A DNA stretch of 64,000 nt from an uncultured Chloroflexia bacterium (GCA_963746855.1 CAVVDC010000003.1:38289-102288), one strand, 5' to 3'; shown: positions 1 through 9,373, numbered from the stretch's first letter. Notes: generated from the letters alone by a model not told the origin. Numbers and translations are program-made.

Positions 1-580
1 GATCTGGGCGGCCCTGCCGCATCGGGCGACGGACCCCGAGCTGCTCATCGTCGCGCGCTGGCCCGGGGTGGGGGAGCGGGACCTCGACGCCGAACGCGAG
101 CTCGACGCGCTGATCGCCCTCGTCTCGGCGCTCCGGAACGCCCGGGCCACGGCGAGGCTGCCCGCCGGCGACCTGCTGGAGACCTGGGTCTACGTCCCGT
201 CGGAGCTCGGCGCGGCCTTCGAGGCGCTGCGTCCCGCGCTCGAGCGCCTCGCCCGTGCGCGTCCGCTCCACCGCGTTCTGACGCCCGAGGCGCTCCATAG
301 GGCGGTCGCCCCCGGCGATCTGGCGGTCATCGTGCCCGGCAGCGATCTCGAGGCGGCCATCCGACCGGCCGCGCCGGACGAGGACGCGGCGGCACTCGAA
401 CGTTCGCGACTGGAGCGCGAGCTCGAGGAGGCGGAGGGTTGGCTGGCCGCGGCTCGCGATCGGCTGGCCAACGAGGCGTTCATCGCCAAGGCGCCAGCGT
501 CCGTCGTCGAGGCGGCCCGCGCACGCGAGACCGAGCTGGCCGAGCAGGTCGCGCGGCTGCGCGATCGCCTGGAGCGCTGA
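1..580 (+). CDS. valS: Valyl-tRNA synthetase, C-terminal fragment (5' end outside window)
   Basis: Frame open from window start. The C-terminal coiled-coil tail, with the ...RLANEAFIAKAPASVVEAARARETELAEQVARLRDRLER motif, is typical of ValRS. Stop at 578-580. Confidence 0.75.
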   Translation, partial: IWAALPHRATDPELLIVARWPGVGERDLDAERELDALIALVSALRNARATARLPAGDLLETWVYVPSELGAAFEALRPALERLARARPLHRVLTPEALHRAVAPGDLAVIVPGSDLEAAIRPAAPDEDAAALERSRLERELEEAEGWLAAARDRLANEAFIAKAPASVVEAARARETELAEQVARLRDRLER

Positions 581-1771
581 CTACCTGAACGAGCCCGCGG
601 CGGCCTCGCCCCCGACGTCGATCCCGAGCTGGACGGCGCGATAGGCGACGATTCGCTGGCAGGTGACGATGTCGGCCCGTCCTTCGGTGAGTCCGGCCGG
701 CGGCGGAGCCCCCTCGGCCACGAAGTCATGGAAGGCTTGGAGCTCCTCCTCGAACGCCTCGATGGAGGACGACCAGACCGTGTCACGACGACCCTGGTCC
801 CCGCGACCGAGGTCGTCGAGCTCGACCACCCGCAGCGCCGTCGCGTGATGGAGCAGGTACGGCGCCGGGAAGGCGAGCTCGATGGTCGCCGCGTCGTAGA
901 CGACCCGCACCTCTTCGCGATAGGCGGGGTAGTCGGGGAGGTAGTGCCAGCGGATCGACAGACGACCGTGGTCCGGGAGGGTGGCCGTGATGCCCACCGA
1001 TGGCGGCCACGCGTCATCGGGCCAGACGTCGACCGCGTCGATCCCGACCGGGTCGCCGCTGAAGGCCCGGCTGAGCGCCAGGTCGTGGACGATGCTGCCG
1101 AGGACGACGTCGGCGTACAACGGACCGAGCGCCCGACCCGCGGCATCCCCCAGGGCGGCCCGGCACAGGTCATCGGATACGCCCTGCAGGTCGGCCATCA
1201 ACGCCGGGTCGACGTCGTGCGGCGGCGGCTCCAGGCTCGCATGGGTCAGTTGTCGCTCCGAGGTCGGATGGAGCACGGTCACCTCGATCGAGCGGGGCGA
1301 GCCGAAGGCGCGGTCGCCCGCGATCCGCAGGGCGCGGGTCACGGCCGGGTCGTGGAGCTTCATGTAGCCGACCTGCAGCCGCAGCCGGGGATCCGCCACG
1401 AGGCGTGCGGCGATCGCATCGGCTTCGGCGAGCGTGTAGGCGAGCGGCTTCTCCGTGAGGACGGCCAGGCCGTGGTCGAAGCCGGCGAGGATGGCCGCGC
1501 CATGCGACCCCGACGTGAGGACCAGCAACGCATCGAGGTCACCGGCTCCCAGCATGTCGTCAAGCGAGCCGTAGCGACGTCGCGCGGGGACCCCGTAGCG
1601 GTCGCCGAGCACCTGGACCAGCGACGGAGACAGGTCGGCGACGGCCGCGATCGTGAGTCGATCCGCGTGCCGCGAGAGCAGTGGCAGGTGGACGGCCTGG
1701 GCGACGGCGCCGAGCCCGAGGACGCCGAGGCGGACGGTCTGCGTCCGGCTGCTCGACGGATGGGCGGTCAT
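581..1771 (-). CDS. Gfo/Idh/MocA family NAD(P)-dependent oxidoreductase
   Basis: Internal Met gives MTAHPSSSRTQTVRLGVLGLGAVAQAVHLPLL (Rossmann GxGxxA), EKPLA motif and a C-terminal alpha/beta domain. The upstream 111 codons of the 507-aa ORF are Arg-rich junk. Convergent and abutting the valS stop. Confidence 0.8.
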   Translation of the reverse strand: MTAHPSSSRTQTVRLGVLGLGAVAQAVHLPLLSRHADRLTIAAVADLSPSLVQVLGDRYGVPARRRYGSLDDMLGAGDLDALLVLTSGSHGAAILAGFDHGLAVLTEKPLAYTLAEADAIAARLVADPRLRLQVGYMKLHDPAVTRALRIAGDRAFGSPRSIEVTVLHPTSERQLTHASLEPPPHDVDPALMADLQGVSDDLCRAALGDAAGRALGPLYADVVLGSIVHDLALSRAFSGDPVGIDAVDVWPDDAWPPSVGITATLPDHGRLSIRWHYLPDYPAYREEVRVVYDAATIELAFPAPYLLHHATALRVVELDDLGRGDQGRRDTVWSSSIEAFEEELQAFHDFVAEGAPPPAGLTEGRADIVTCQRIVAYRAVQLGIDVGGEAAAGSFR

Positions 1772-1873
1772 GGGCGCCGAGTATATCGACGCGACCGGAC
1801 CGAGCCGGCCCGGGCCGGTACCGTACGCTGGTCTCGCCGACGCGCATCGAACCCCGCGTGAGGATCTTCGACG

Positions 1874-3583
1874 ATGTCCGACCACCGTGCCCCAGTGCCG
1901 GCTCCGCCGCCGGTCCAGCGCGCCGCCTTCGGTGACGACTGGTGGCAGCGCGGTGTCGTCTACCAGGTCTACCCCCGCAGCTTCGCGGACTCGAACGACG
2001 ACGGCGTGGGCGACCTGCCCGGGCTGATCTCGAAGCTCGACTACCTCAATGATGGGACGCCGGCGTCGCTGGGCGTCGATGCGATCTGGCTGTCGCCGAT
2101 CCATCCGTCACCGGGATTCGATGTCGGCTACGACGTGGCCGACTACGACGCCATCGATCCGACGTTCGGCACGCTCGACGACTTCGACCGGCTCGTGGCC
2201 GAGGCGCATCGGCGCGGGATCCGGATCGTCCTCGACCTCGTGATGAACCACACGAGCTCGGCCCATCGCTGGTTCCAGGCCTCGCGGCGCGATCCGGGCG
2301 GACCGACCGGCGACTGGTACCTGTGGCGCGATCCGCCGCCAGGCCGTGCGGGCCGGCGGGCGAAGCCCAACAACTGGGTCTCGTTCTTCGGCGGGTCGGC
2401 CTGGGAGTGGGACGACGTGCGCGGCCAGTTCTACATGCATACGTTCCTGCCCGAGCAGCCGGACCTCAACTGGCGCAACCCGGCCGTGCGGGCCGAGATG
2501 CTGCGGATGACCCGCAGCTGGCTGGAGCGCGGGGTCGACGGGTTCCGACTCGACGTCTTCAACGCCTTCTTCAAGCACGAGGACCTCCCCTCGAACCCGC
2601 GCCGCTACAACGGTCGGCGTCCCTACTCGCGCCAGACGCACCTCTACGACAAGGACCGTCCCGAGCTGCTGGACTTCCTTGCTGAATTCCGGGCGCAGGT
2701 CGACAGCTTCCCCGGGCGCATGACGGTCGGCGAGATGTTCTCCGCCGATTTCCGCGCGGCCGCCAAGTTGGCCGCGCCACGCCACCTCGTCTTCGACTTC
2801 CTCTTGATCGGGCGGCCATGGAAGGCCGAGGCGTTCGCGTCGGCGAGCGCCATCCACGAGGAGATCTTCCCCGAGGGCCGATGGCCGACCGTGGTGCTGT
2901 CCAACCACGACCAGTCCCGCCACGTCAGCCGACTCGGGGTCGGCGCGAAGGATCCGGTCGCCGATCGCGACGCGATCGCCCGGGCCGCGGCGGTCCTGTG
3001 TCTGACGCTGCGCGGCACCCCGTTCCTCTACTACGGCGAGGAGATCGCGGCGCGCGACGTCAAGGTGCCCTGGGACGAGATCATCGATCCACCGGCGAAG
3101 CGCGGCGGTCGCCTGGTCCGGGCGCTCGTGCCGTGGTGGAACCGCGACGCCGCCCGGTCGCCGATGCCGTGGGGCGGCGGCCCGAACGGCGGCTTCTCGA
3201 CCGGACGGCCGTGGATCCGGATGGCGGACGACGTCGATCGGCGCACCGTGGCGTTGCAGGACGCCGACCGAGGATCGGTCCTTGCGACCTATCGCCGCCT
3301 GATCTGGCTGCGCCGCGACCATCCCGAGCTCCAGACCGGATCGTATCGGCAGGTCACGGTCGGGGCGGCCGACGTCTACGCCTACGTGCGCGAGGGCGAC
3401 GCCGGCACGACCCTGGTCGTCGTCAACTTCGCCGGGGAGCCTGTCACGGCCGCTGTCGCCGCCCGAGCCGGCACCAGCTGGGAGCCGGTCTTCGACACCA
3501 TCGATCCGGGTGCACCGGCCTTCACCGACGGCGCGGCGCTGGCCCTCCGGCCGTATGAGGCGGCGATCTTCCGGGCCGCCTGA
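1874..3583 (+). CDS. Glycoside hydrolase family 13 alpha-glucosidase (oligo-1,6-glucosidase / trehalose-6-P hydrolase-like)
   Basis: 569 aa with GH13 signature blocks VYQVYPRSFADSNDDGVGDL, DAIWLSPIHPSP, GIRIVLDLVMNHTS, GVDGFRLDV, EQPDLNW. Confidence 0.9.
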   Translation: MSDHRAPVPAPPPVQRAAFGDDWWQRGVVYQVYPRSFADSNDDGVGDLPGLISKLDYLNDGTPASLGVDAIWLSPIHPSPGFDVGYDVADYDAIDPTFGTLDDFDRLVAEAHRRGIRIVLDLVMNHTSSAHRWFQASRRDPGGPTGDWYLWRDPPPGRAGRRAKPNNWVSFFGGSAWEWDDVRGQFYMHTFLPEQPDLNWRNPAVRAEMLRMTRSWLERGVDGFRLDVFNAFFKHEDLPSNPRRYNGRRPYSRQTHLYDKDRPELLDFLAEFRAQVDSFPGRMTVGEMFSADFRAAAKLAAPRHLVFDFLLIGRPWKAEAFASASAIHEEIFPEGRWPTVVLSNHDQSRHVSRLGVGAKDPVADRDAIARAAAVLCLTLRGTPFLYYGEEIAARDVKVPWDEIIDPPAKRGGRLVRALVPWWNRDAARSPMPWGGGPNGGFSTGRPWIRMADDVDRRTVALQDADRGSVLATYRRLIWLRRDHPELQTGSYRQVTVGAADVYAYVREGDAGTTLVVVNFAGEPVTAAVAARAGTSWEPVFDTIDPGAPAFTDGAALALRPYEAAIFRAA

Positions 3584-3635
3584 ACCGCGGCGACGCTGGC
3601 CGACCCTCGCGAACCGGACGAAGCGCCCTGCTACC

Positions 3636-4436
3636 ATGGCCGGAAGCCCAGTCGTGCATCGGGAGACGCTAGTGCCCCTCGAGTTCCTGAAGCGAAAAGG
3701 CGCGGCCGCCGAGGCGCCCACGACACCCGCCGCTGCGGCGCCGGTCAGCCAGTCCGGCCTGACGATGCCCGAGGAGGTCGTCGCTCAGGACCACCAGCTG
3801 AAGCTGTACTACGCGGGCAAGAGCAGCGACGGCGTCCGGATGAAGTCCGGGCCGAAGGCGCTCGCCGAGTTGCCCTCGATGCTGGCGGGGCTCGCCCAGT
3901 CCGAGATCGAAGTCGTCTCGCCGCTGCCGATCGAATTCAGCCAGGCCACCCCCACGATCACGCGGCCGTCCGAGGCGATGCAATGGCTGAATGCCCACCA
4001 CGTCCACTCGCCGATCACCCGGCACGCGCTGGTCGTCCTCGAGTCGATCGATGCGGTCGACCTCGCGTTCGACACCTTCGCCTGCGCCTTGCTCGACGGT
4101 GAGATCGATACGGCGGGCTACCCGGAGTACAACTCGATCGTCGGCGGCGTCGCGTCGCACTGGGACGAGGCGACCGGCGACATGATCTGTCGCGCCGTCG
4201 TCGGCTGGGGCGGCCGCGGCGCTCGCGGCGACACCGACCGGATCGGCGCCAAGCTCCTGTCGGGCATCCTGACCAACATCCTGGCCAGCCAATACGCCCA
4301 GGGCATGACCCAGATCGAGCGTCCCGTGCCGGCCGCCGGGCGCGGTGGCCTGGTCTGTGCGCACTGCGGCTTCGCGTCGGCCCACGAGCGCGCGTTCTAC
4401 TGCCCGAAATGCGGCATGCGCCTGCTCCGCGGCTGA
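3636..4436 (+). CDS. Hypothetical protein with C-terminal Cys4 zinc ribbon (CAHCG...CPKCG)
   Basis: Internal ATG at 3636; the upstream part of the ORF is Arg/Pro junk. No recognisable catalytic domain. The C-terminus reads LVCAHCGFASAHERAFYCPKCGMRLL. Confidence 0.5.
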   Translation: MAGSPVVHRETLVPLEFLKRKGAAAEAPTTPAAAAPVSQSGLTMPEEVVAQDHQLKLYYAGKSSDGVRMKSGPKALAELPSMLAGLAQSEIEVVSPLPIEFSQATPTITRPSEAMQWLNAHHVHSPITRHALVVLESIDAVDLAFDTFACALLDGEIDTAGYPEYNSIVGGVASHWDEATGDMICRAVVGWGGRGARGDTDRIGAKLLSGILTNILASQYAQGMTQIERPVPAAGRGGLVCAHCGFASAHERAFYCPKCGMRLLRG

Positions 4437-4457
4437 GGCCGCCCGGACGATCGCCCG

Positions 4458-4803
4458 ATGCCCAACTACGACTACGAATGCGCGAACTGCGGGCGCCGGT
4501 TCGAGTCGACCCATGGGGTCCACGCGCCCAGCCCGACGTCGTGTCCGCTGTGCGGTGGCGGCCCGGTCCGAAAGGCGATCTCGGCGCCGGCCGTCCATTT
4601 CAAGGGTTCGGGCTGGGCGAAGAAGGAGCGTCACGCCGCGTCGACGTCGGCGAAGAAGGAAACGAGCGAGGTGGCCTCGGGATCCGATGAGTCGGGGTCG
4701 AAGGCGGCGTCGACCGCGACCGCGACGAAGGGCGAGACGTCCGCGTCCGGCGCCGACAAGGCCGCGATCGACAAGGCGCGCGACCGACAAGGACGGCGCC
4801 TGA
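4458..4803 (+). CDS. FmdB-family putative regulatory zinc-ribbon protein (3' end uncertain; apparent frameshift)
   Basis: N-terminus MPNYDYECANCGRRFE...CPLCGG is the FmdB CxxC...CxxC signature, followed by a Ser/Ala/Lys-rich tail. The reading frame has no stop until 6062 and runs through two downstream genes. A TGA in the +1 frame at 4801-4803 sits 1 nt before the next ATG, so an indel in the low-complexity tail is likely. Confidence 0.55.
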
Positions 4804-4804
4804 C

Positions 4805-5044
4805 ATGGCCGCCCCGGCCGACTGGATCACGCTGGCCGAAGCGGCCGAGATCCTCGCTGCCGCAAACGTCCATTTCACGACCGGCACGATCGGCGGATGG
4901 GCCAGGGCCGGGCGGCTGCAAAGCATCAAGCTGGGTGGCCGCCGCTTCGTCCGACGAGGCGAGGTCCGGGCACTCATCGCGGCACCACGACGGGTTCGCG
5001 CCGACTCGATCCAGTCCGCGCTGTTCGACGATCTCGGGAGCTGA
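4805..5044 (+). CDS. BldC-like / excisionase-family (MerR-type) helix-turn-helix DNA-binding protein
   Basis: 79 aa; LAEAAEILAAANVHFTTGTIGGWARAGRLQSIKLGGRRFVRRGEVRALI matches the small MerR-like HTH (excisionase/BldC family). Confidence 0.7.
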   Translation: MAAPADWITLAEAAEILAAANVHFTTGTIGGWARAGRLQSIKLGGRRFVRRGEVRALIAAPRRVRADSIQSALFDDLGS

Positions 5045-5055
5045 TCGCCCGACCG

Positions 5056-5994
5056 ATGGATCCCGGCGCGATCCTCGAGCGATTCCTCGAGCGGCCGCGC
5101 GTGGCGTTCGTCCGGGCCGTGCTGGATACGTATGGTCGGGCGGCCGGCGGCCTGCTCTCGAATGGCCTGGCCTTCGCGGCCCTGTTCGCGACCATCCCCA
5201 TCGCGCTCGTCACCCTGGGCCTGGCCGGCTGGTTGGTCGGGGACCCGCAGGTCCAGGCGGAACTGGCGGAGGCGCTGTCCTCGCTCTTCCCACCCCTTCG
5301 GGACCTCATCGAGGGCGCGCTCGTCGGTCTCGTGAACGGTGCTGCGTTGACCTCGCTGATCGGCGTCGTCGGACTCATCTGGACCGTGAGCCAGTTCTAC
5401 GTGACCCTGGACGTCGCCTTCTCGCGGATCTTCGCCGACGAGCCGGAACGCGATGTCCTCCGGCGGACTGCGCGCGGGTTCGTGTGGGTCGCGCTACTCA
5501 TCGCGGTCGTGATCGTGCTGATCATCGTCGTCTGGCTGACGAGCGCTGCCGACGCCTTCCTGCCCGTCTCTATGCCCATCGGGCGTTCGCTGGCGAGGCT
5601 GCTGACCTCGCCCTTCGTCATCGTCGCCGTGGCGTGCCTGGTGATGGGCCTGATCTATCGGACGGTGCCGCCCCATGCGCCACGCTGGTCGGCGATCGTC
5701 CCGCCCGCGATCGTGGTGGGCCTGATCGTGGTGGTCCTCAGCCAGGTCTTCGTCTTCCTGGCGCCTCGTCTCGTCGGTGCGGCGGCGCTCGCCGGTTCGC
5801 TCGCGACCGCGTTCGTCGCGCTGGCGTGGCTGTCCTTCACGTTCCAGGCGTTGCTCTACGGCGCGGCGTGGGTCCGGATCCGCGACGAGGCCGCGATCGA
5901 AGCGGATCGCCGTGCGGCGGCAGGGAACGAACCTGGGTCAGCCGACCTGCGAGGTCCCGCACCGCCGGCAGAACCGGGCGGTGGCGGAGAGTGA
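5056..5994 (+). CDS. YihY/BrkB (ribonuclease BN-like) family inner-membrane protein
   Basis: Internal ATG gives MDPGAILERFLERPRVAFVRAVLDTYGRAAGGLLSNGLAFAALFATIPIALVTLG plus several further TM helices, the typical YihY topology. Confidence 0.85.
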   Translation: MDPGAILERFLERPRVAFVRAVLDTYGRAAGGLLSNGLAFAALFATIPIALVTLGLAGWLVGDPQVQAELAEALSSLFPPLRDLIEGALVGLVNGAALTSLIGVVGLIWTVSQFYVTLDVAFSRIFADEPERDVLRRTARGFVWVALLIAVVIVLIIVVWLTSAADAFLPVSMPIGRSLARLLTSPFVIVAVACLVMGLIYRTVPPHAPRWSAIVPPAIVVGLIVVVLSQVFVFLAPRLVGAAALAGSLATAFVALAWLSFTFQALLYGAAWVRIRDEAAIEADRRAAAGNEPGSADLRGPAPPAEPGGGGE

Positions 5995-7974
5995 CAGGCC
6001 GCAGCTCACGCACGGCTGGACGCCGCCGGCTGGCTTCTCGGCTGTCCCGCGGGGCCCACTGACCGCCCGATCGGATTCGGCCCACAGCGCGTCGACGCCA
6101 CCCGTCGGAACGGCGGGGCGATTGAGGAACGGCAATCCGGGGGACGGCTGCTGGCTCGGCCATTGCGGTTGACTCGGCCAGCTCGGTTCCGCCACCGGGG
6201 CGGGCGAGACTTGTGCGGCAGGCGCGACGGTCGGCGATGGGACGTCCACGGCCGGCATCGGGATCTCGGACACCGGCTCGGAGTCCGGCGCCACGATCGA
6301 CCACGTCGGTTGGGTGACGATGTCCACCGCAGCGGCCGCGGCGGCGATCTCCGACGGCTCCGGCTCGGGGGCGGCCTCGACGGGCGTCGGCTCGACGGGC
6401 ATCGGCTCGACGACCGTGGGTTCGGTCGCGACGGGCTCGACGACCAGGGGCTCGGGCCGCACGGTCTCGACGACCGGTTCTGGCTCGACGGCCGGGGCCT
6501 CGGTGGCCGCCGAGGCGGTCGCCGCCGCCCCCAGCCAGGCGAGCTCGGGTTCGACCGGCGCCCCGATCGCCGGCTCGTCGAGGTCGGCGTCGCCGGTCGG
6601 GATCTCGTTGAGCGGCTCGACGAACACCGCGGGCTCCGACCCGGCCTGGATCGGCGTCGGCGCGTCGGTGAGCAGGTCCTGCGACGTCGGCAGCGCGTCG
6701 AGCGGCTCGACGACGGCCGCGGCGGCCAGGTCGTCGACCGGCTCGCTCGGCGGCATCGGTGCGTCGACGACACCCGACACCTCGATGGCGGCTGGGGCCC
6801 AGGGGAGGTCGGCGAGCGCATCCGCGTCGAGCGTGCCCGCCGCGGCGACCTCGGGCTTGACCACCTCGGGCTGGACCATCTCGGCCGCGGCGACTTCGGG
6901 CTCGACCACCTCGGGCTCGCTTGGCTCGAACGCGGCCGGTGCCGGCTCATCCTCGACGAGCTCGGTCGGCGCCGACTCGAAGGCCGCCAGCGCCTCATCG
7001 AGGCTCTCGCCCGGGCGCAGCCCAGCGAGCAACGGGCTCATCGTGGGGGTAGCCGGTTCGGCCTGGCCGACGGTCTCGTCAACGTCCTCGGCATCGCTCG
7101 TCGAGATCAGGTCGTCGATCGGCGGGATCGCCGGGGCCTCGGCGGCAACGATGGGTTCGGGCTCGACGGCAGCGACGAGTTCGGGTTCGGCGATGACCGC
7201 CGGCTCAGCGACGACCGCAGGCTCGGCGACGACCTCGGTCGCGGCCACGACGGGCTCGACGATCGGGGCCGGGATGGGCGTGTGCGTCGACGGGTCGTAC
7301 GGATCGAACAGGACCCGCTCGACCACGGGCTCGACGACCGGCTCGGCGACGGGCGCGGCCAGGCTCGCGCTCGGTGGCTCAGGCGCCGGCTCGACGATCT
7401 CGTGCTCGACGATGGCCGGTTCGACCGCGCTGCCAGCATCCATCTCGCTCGCCCCGATCAGCTCGGTCGCCGGGGTGGCTTCGTCGACGCGGCTGAGGGC
7501 GTCCAGGCGGGCGATGGCGTCGAATCCGTTCGACGGCTCGGCGGCGGGCGCGTGGCCGTTCCTCGCCAGGGCCGCGGCCGCGAGGCCGTTCTCGTCAGGC
7601 GCCGCGATGCCGGACGTGGGATCGAGGTGGGGGAACGGCGCGGGCAGGATGCCCCGGCCCAGCGTCGGGGCGCACGTCAGACAGCGCCCTTCGCCGTCGT
7701 TCCAGCAGTTCGGGCAGATGTACTGCCGGCACTGCATGCAGAAGTTGAAGGTCTTGTGGAAGGCCTCGAGCTGCTGGGACGTGAGCGCTCGATCGGTATC
7801 GTCGCGGGCCGCCGCCATGGCCTCGTCGATCGACGTCTTGTCATCGAGGACGAAGTTCCTGAGGCCGCGCGAGAGCACCTTCACGCCGCGGAGTCGGGCG
7901 CGCGGGACCGCCAATTCGAAGGTATAACGCGAGCCGCATCGCTCGCAGAAGGATTCGGTCAGGATCTCGGCCAT
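5938..7974 (-). CDS. Double zinc-ribbon protein with about 500 aa Pro/Glu/Val/Ala-rich tandem-repeat linker
   Basis: Start chosen at MAEILTESFCERCGSRY (GGGGA-like RBS upstream). The N-terminal module has CxxC-x46-CxxC-x5-CxxC-x9-CxxC. The C-terminus reads CVSCGLSLSATARFCRRCG. In between are dozens of PEPVVEP / VAEPAV / EPEVV repeats. The 59 upstream codons of the 738-aa ORF are optional. Confidence 0.6.
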   Translation of the reverse strand: MAEILTESFCERCGSRYTFELAVPRARLRGVKVLSRGLRNFVLDDKTSIDEAMAAARDDTDRALTSQQLEAFHKTFNFCMQCRQYICPNCWNDGEGRCLTCAPTLGRGILPAPFPHLDPTSGIAAPDENGLAAAALARNGHAPAAEPSNGFDAIARLDALSRVDEATPATELIGASEMDAGSAVEPAIVEHEIVEPAPEPPSASLAAPVAEPVVEPVVERVLFDPYDPSTHTPIPAPIVEPVVAATEVVAEPAVVAEPAVIAEPELVAAVEPEPIVAAEAPAIPPIDDLISTSDAEDVDETVGQAEPATPTMSPLLAGLRPGESLDEALAAFESAPTELVEDEPAPAAFEPSEPEVVEPEVAAAEMVQPEVVKPEVAAAGTLDADALADLPWAPAAIEVSGVVDAPMPPSEPVDDLAAAAVVEPLDALPTSQDLLTDAPTPIQAGSEPAVFVEPLNEIPTGDADLDEPAIGAPVEPELAWLGAAATASAATEAPAVEPEPVVETVRPEPLVVEPVATEPTVVEPMPVEPTPVEAAPEPEPSEIAAAAAAVDIVTQPTWSIVAPDSEPVSEIPMPAVDVPSPTVAPAAQVSPAPVAEPSWPSQPQWPSQQPSPGLPFLNRPAVPTGGVDALWAESDRAVSGPRGTAEKPAGGVQPCVSCGLSLSATARFCRRCGTSQVG
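6300..7500. repeat. Degenerate short tandem repeats (about 9-18 bp units such as ggctcgacg / gacgggctcgac) encoding the PEPVVEP low-complexity linker
   Basis: Repeated ggctcgacgRCC / gttcgggctcgacg units are visible from about 6340 to 7450. They generate long spurious ORFs on the opposite strand (6163..8706, 6314..7927). Confidence 0.6.
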
Positions 7975-8159
7975 CGGGTCCCCGGATGGGCGCTGGACAT
8001 GCCGGGGCGGTCGGACCACCCCGAACAGGGGCGAGAGTATATCGCACGACCCCGGACGTTCCCCCAACGGGGGTACCGGCCCTCCCGGCGGATAGTCCGG
8101 TGCGGTCTGCGGTGGCGCAGAGCCCCGCCCGGACCCTGTGGTAGAGTCCGCCACCGACC

Positions 8160-8936
8160 ATGCCGCCGCTCACCGCCATCGAGCGGTTCTTCGAACGACT
8201 CTTCGAGCGCCCGTCCGCTCGATTGTTCCGGACCAGACTCCAGCCTGTCCAGCTCCAGCGCCGGATCGAACGGGCCATGGAGGCCGAGCGGCTGGCCGCC
8301 TCGGACCGCACCCTCGCCCCGAACCGGTTCGTGGTCCATCTCCATCCGGCCGACCTGGCGGGCTTCGATGAGATGGAACAGACCCTCGCCGCGGAACTTG
8401 CCGACGCGGCCCTGCTGTTCGCCCGGGCCCACCACTACACCCTCGTCGACCGGCCGCGGGTGGACCTGCTCTCGGACCCGACGGTCGAACGCGCGGATAT
8501 CCGGGTGGATGCGCGGTTCGCCGATCCGATCGCCGGCCGATCTGCGTCGGCCGTCGACCACGAACGGGCCGACGATCGCGACCAGCGACCTGACCCGGCC
8601 TCGACGATGGTCTTCGCGGTGCCGGTCCCGACCGCGCCGACCGCCCGCCTGCGCGTCCACGAACCGAAGGGCGGTGTCCGCGAGGTCTCGGTCGGGACCG
8701 GCCTGACGATCGGCCGCGCCACCGACAACGACCTCGTTCTGCGCGACGAGCGGGTGTCGCGCCATCACGGGCGGATCGCCGGCCGACGCGGGACGCTGCT
8801 GTACTCCGATCTCGGCAGCACGAACGGGACCGAGGTGAACGGCCAACGCGTCACGGAGGTCGTCCTGGGTCCGGGCGACCTGATCCAGATCGGGGCATCG
8901 ACGCTGGAGGTCGAGGTCGACGGGGCGACTCGCTGA
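8160..8936 (+). CDS. fhaA: FhaA-like protein (DUF3662 N-terminal domain + C-terminal FHA domain)
   Basis: N-terminus MPPLTAIERFFERLFERPSARLF... is the FhaA N-domain. The C-terminal FHA signature is GRATDNDLVLRDERVSRHHGRI...SDLGSTNGTEVNGQRV. Confidence 0.85.
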   Translation: MPPLTAIERFFERLFERPSARLFRTRLQPVQLQRRIERAMEAERLAASDRTLAPNRFVVHLHPADLAGFDEMEQTLAAELADAALLFARAHHYTLVDRPRVDLLSDPTVERADIRVDARFADPIAGRSASAVDHERADDRDQRPDPASTMVFAVPVPTAPTARLRVHEPKGGVREVSVGTGLTIGRATDNDLVLRDERVSRHHGRIAGRRGTLLYSDLGSTNGTEVNGQRVTEVVLGPGDLIQIGASTLEVEVDGATR

Positions 8937-9373
8937 TGGACGGCAATCTGCTCGTCCTGTGGATCGTCCGGTTCCTGTTCCTCGCGCTGCTGTACGTCTT
9001 CCTGTATCGAGTCGTCCGGGCGCTGATGCGCGACCTCCGTGCGGCGACGCGCGAGGGGACCGGTGAACTGGGTCGGCTGGTGGTCGTCGAATCACCGAGC
9101 GGGGAGCCGGCGGCCGGCCAGGTGTTCGCCATCGACGCGATCACGACCCTGGGCCGGGACGTCAACAATGCGATCGTCGTCGACGATCCGTTCGCGTCGG
9201 CGGAACACGCGATCCTGACCTACCGCGGGCGGGCCTGGTACGCCGAGGACCTCGGCAGCACGAACGGCACGTACGTGAACGGGCGGCCCGTCGAGGGCGT
9301 CGCCGCGATGGCGTTCGGCGATGAACTCCAGGTGGGTCAGGTCCGCTTTCGGCTCGAGCGAGCCCGTCGATGA
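8936..9373 (+). CDS. fhaB: FhaB/FipA-like membrane-anchored FHA-domain protein
   Basis: N-terminal TM helix (LLVLWIVRFLFLALLYVFLY) plus FHA domain (GRDVNNAIVVDDPFASAEHAIL...EDLGSTNGTYVNGRPV). ATGA start/stop overlap with fhaA. Confidence 0.8.
   Translation: MDGNLLVLWIVRFLFLALLYVFLYRVVRALMRDLRAATREGTGELGRLVVVESPSGEPAAGQVFAIDAITTLGRDVNNAIVVDDPFASAEHAILTYRGRAWYAEDLGSTNGTYVNGRPVEGVAAMAFGDELQVGQVRFRLERARR

Noticed and set aside
4458-6062. 534-aa ORF beginning with the FmdB motif
   Set aside because: Only the first 80-110 aa look protein-like. The rest is an Arg/Pro-rich read-through that overlaps two well-supported genes in other frames. Treated as a short FmdB gene with a lost stop.
6300-7500. 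Possible CRISPR array suggested by short periodic repeats
   Set aside because: The units are degenerate, lie in-frame inside a coding sequence, and have no unique spacers or cas genes. This is a protein-coding minisatellite.
6163-8706. 847-aa and 537-aa ORFs (6163..8706 +, 6314..7927 +) rich in Gly/Arg/Asp or Ser/Thr/Gly
   Set aside because: They are antisense to the zinc-ribbon/PEPVVEP repeat gene. Their composition is the mirror image of the repeat, and they have no motifs or credible starts. They are artefacts of high GC plus tandem repeats.
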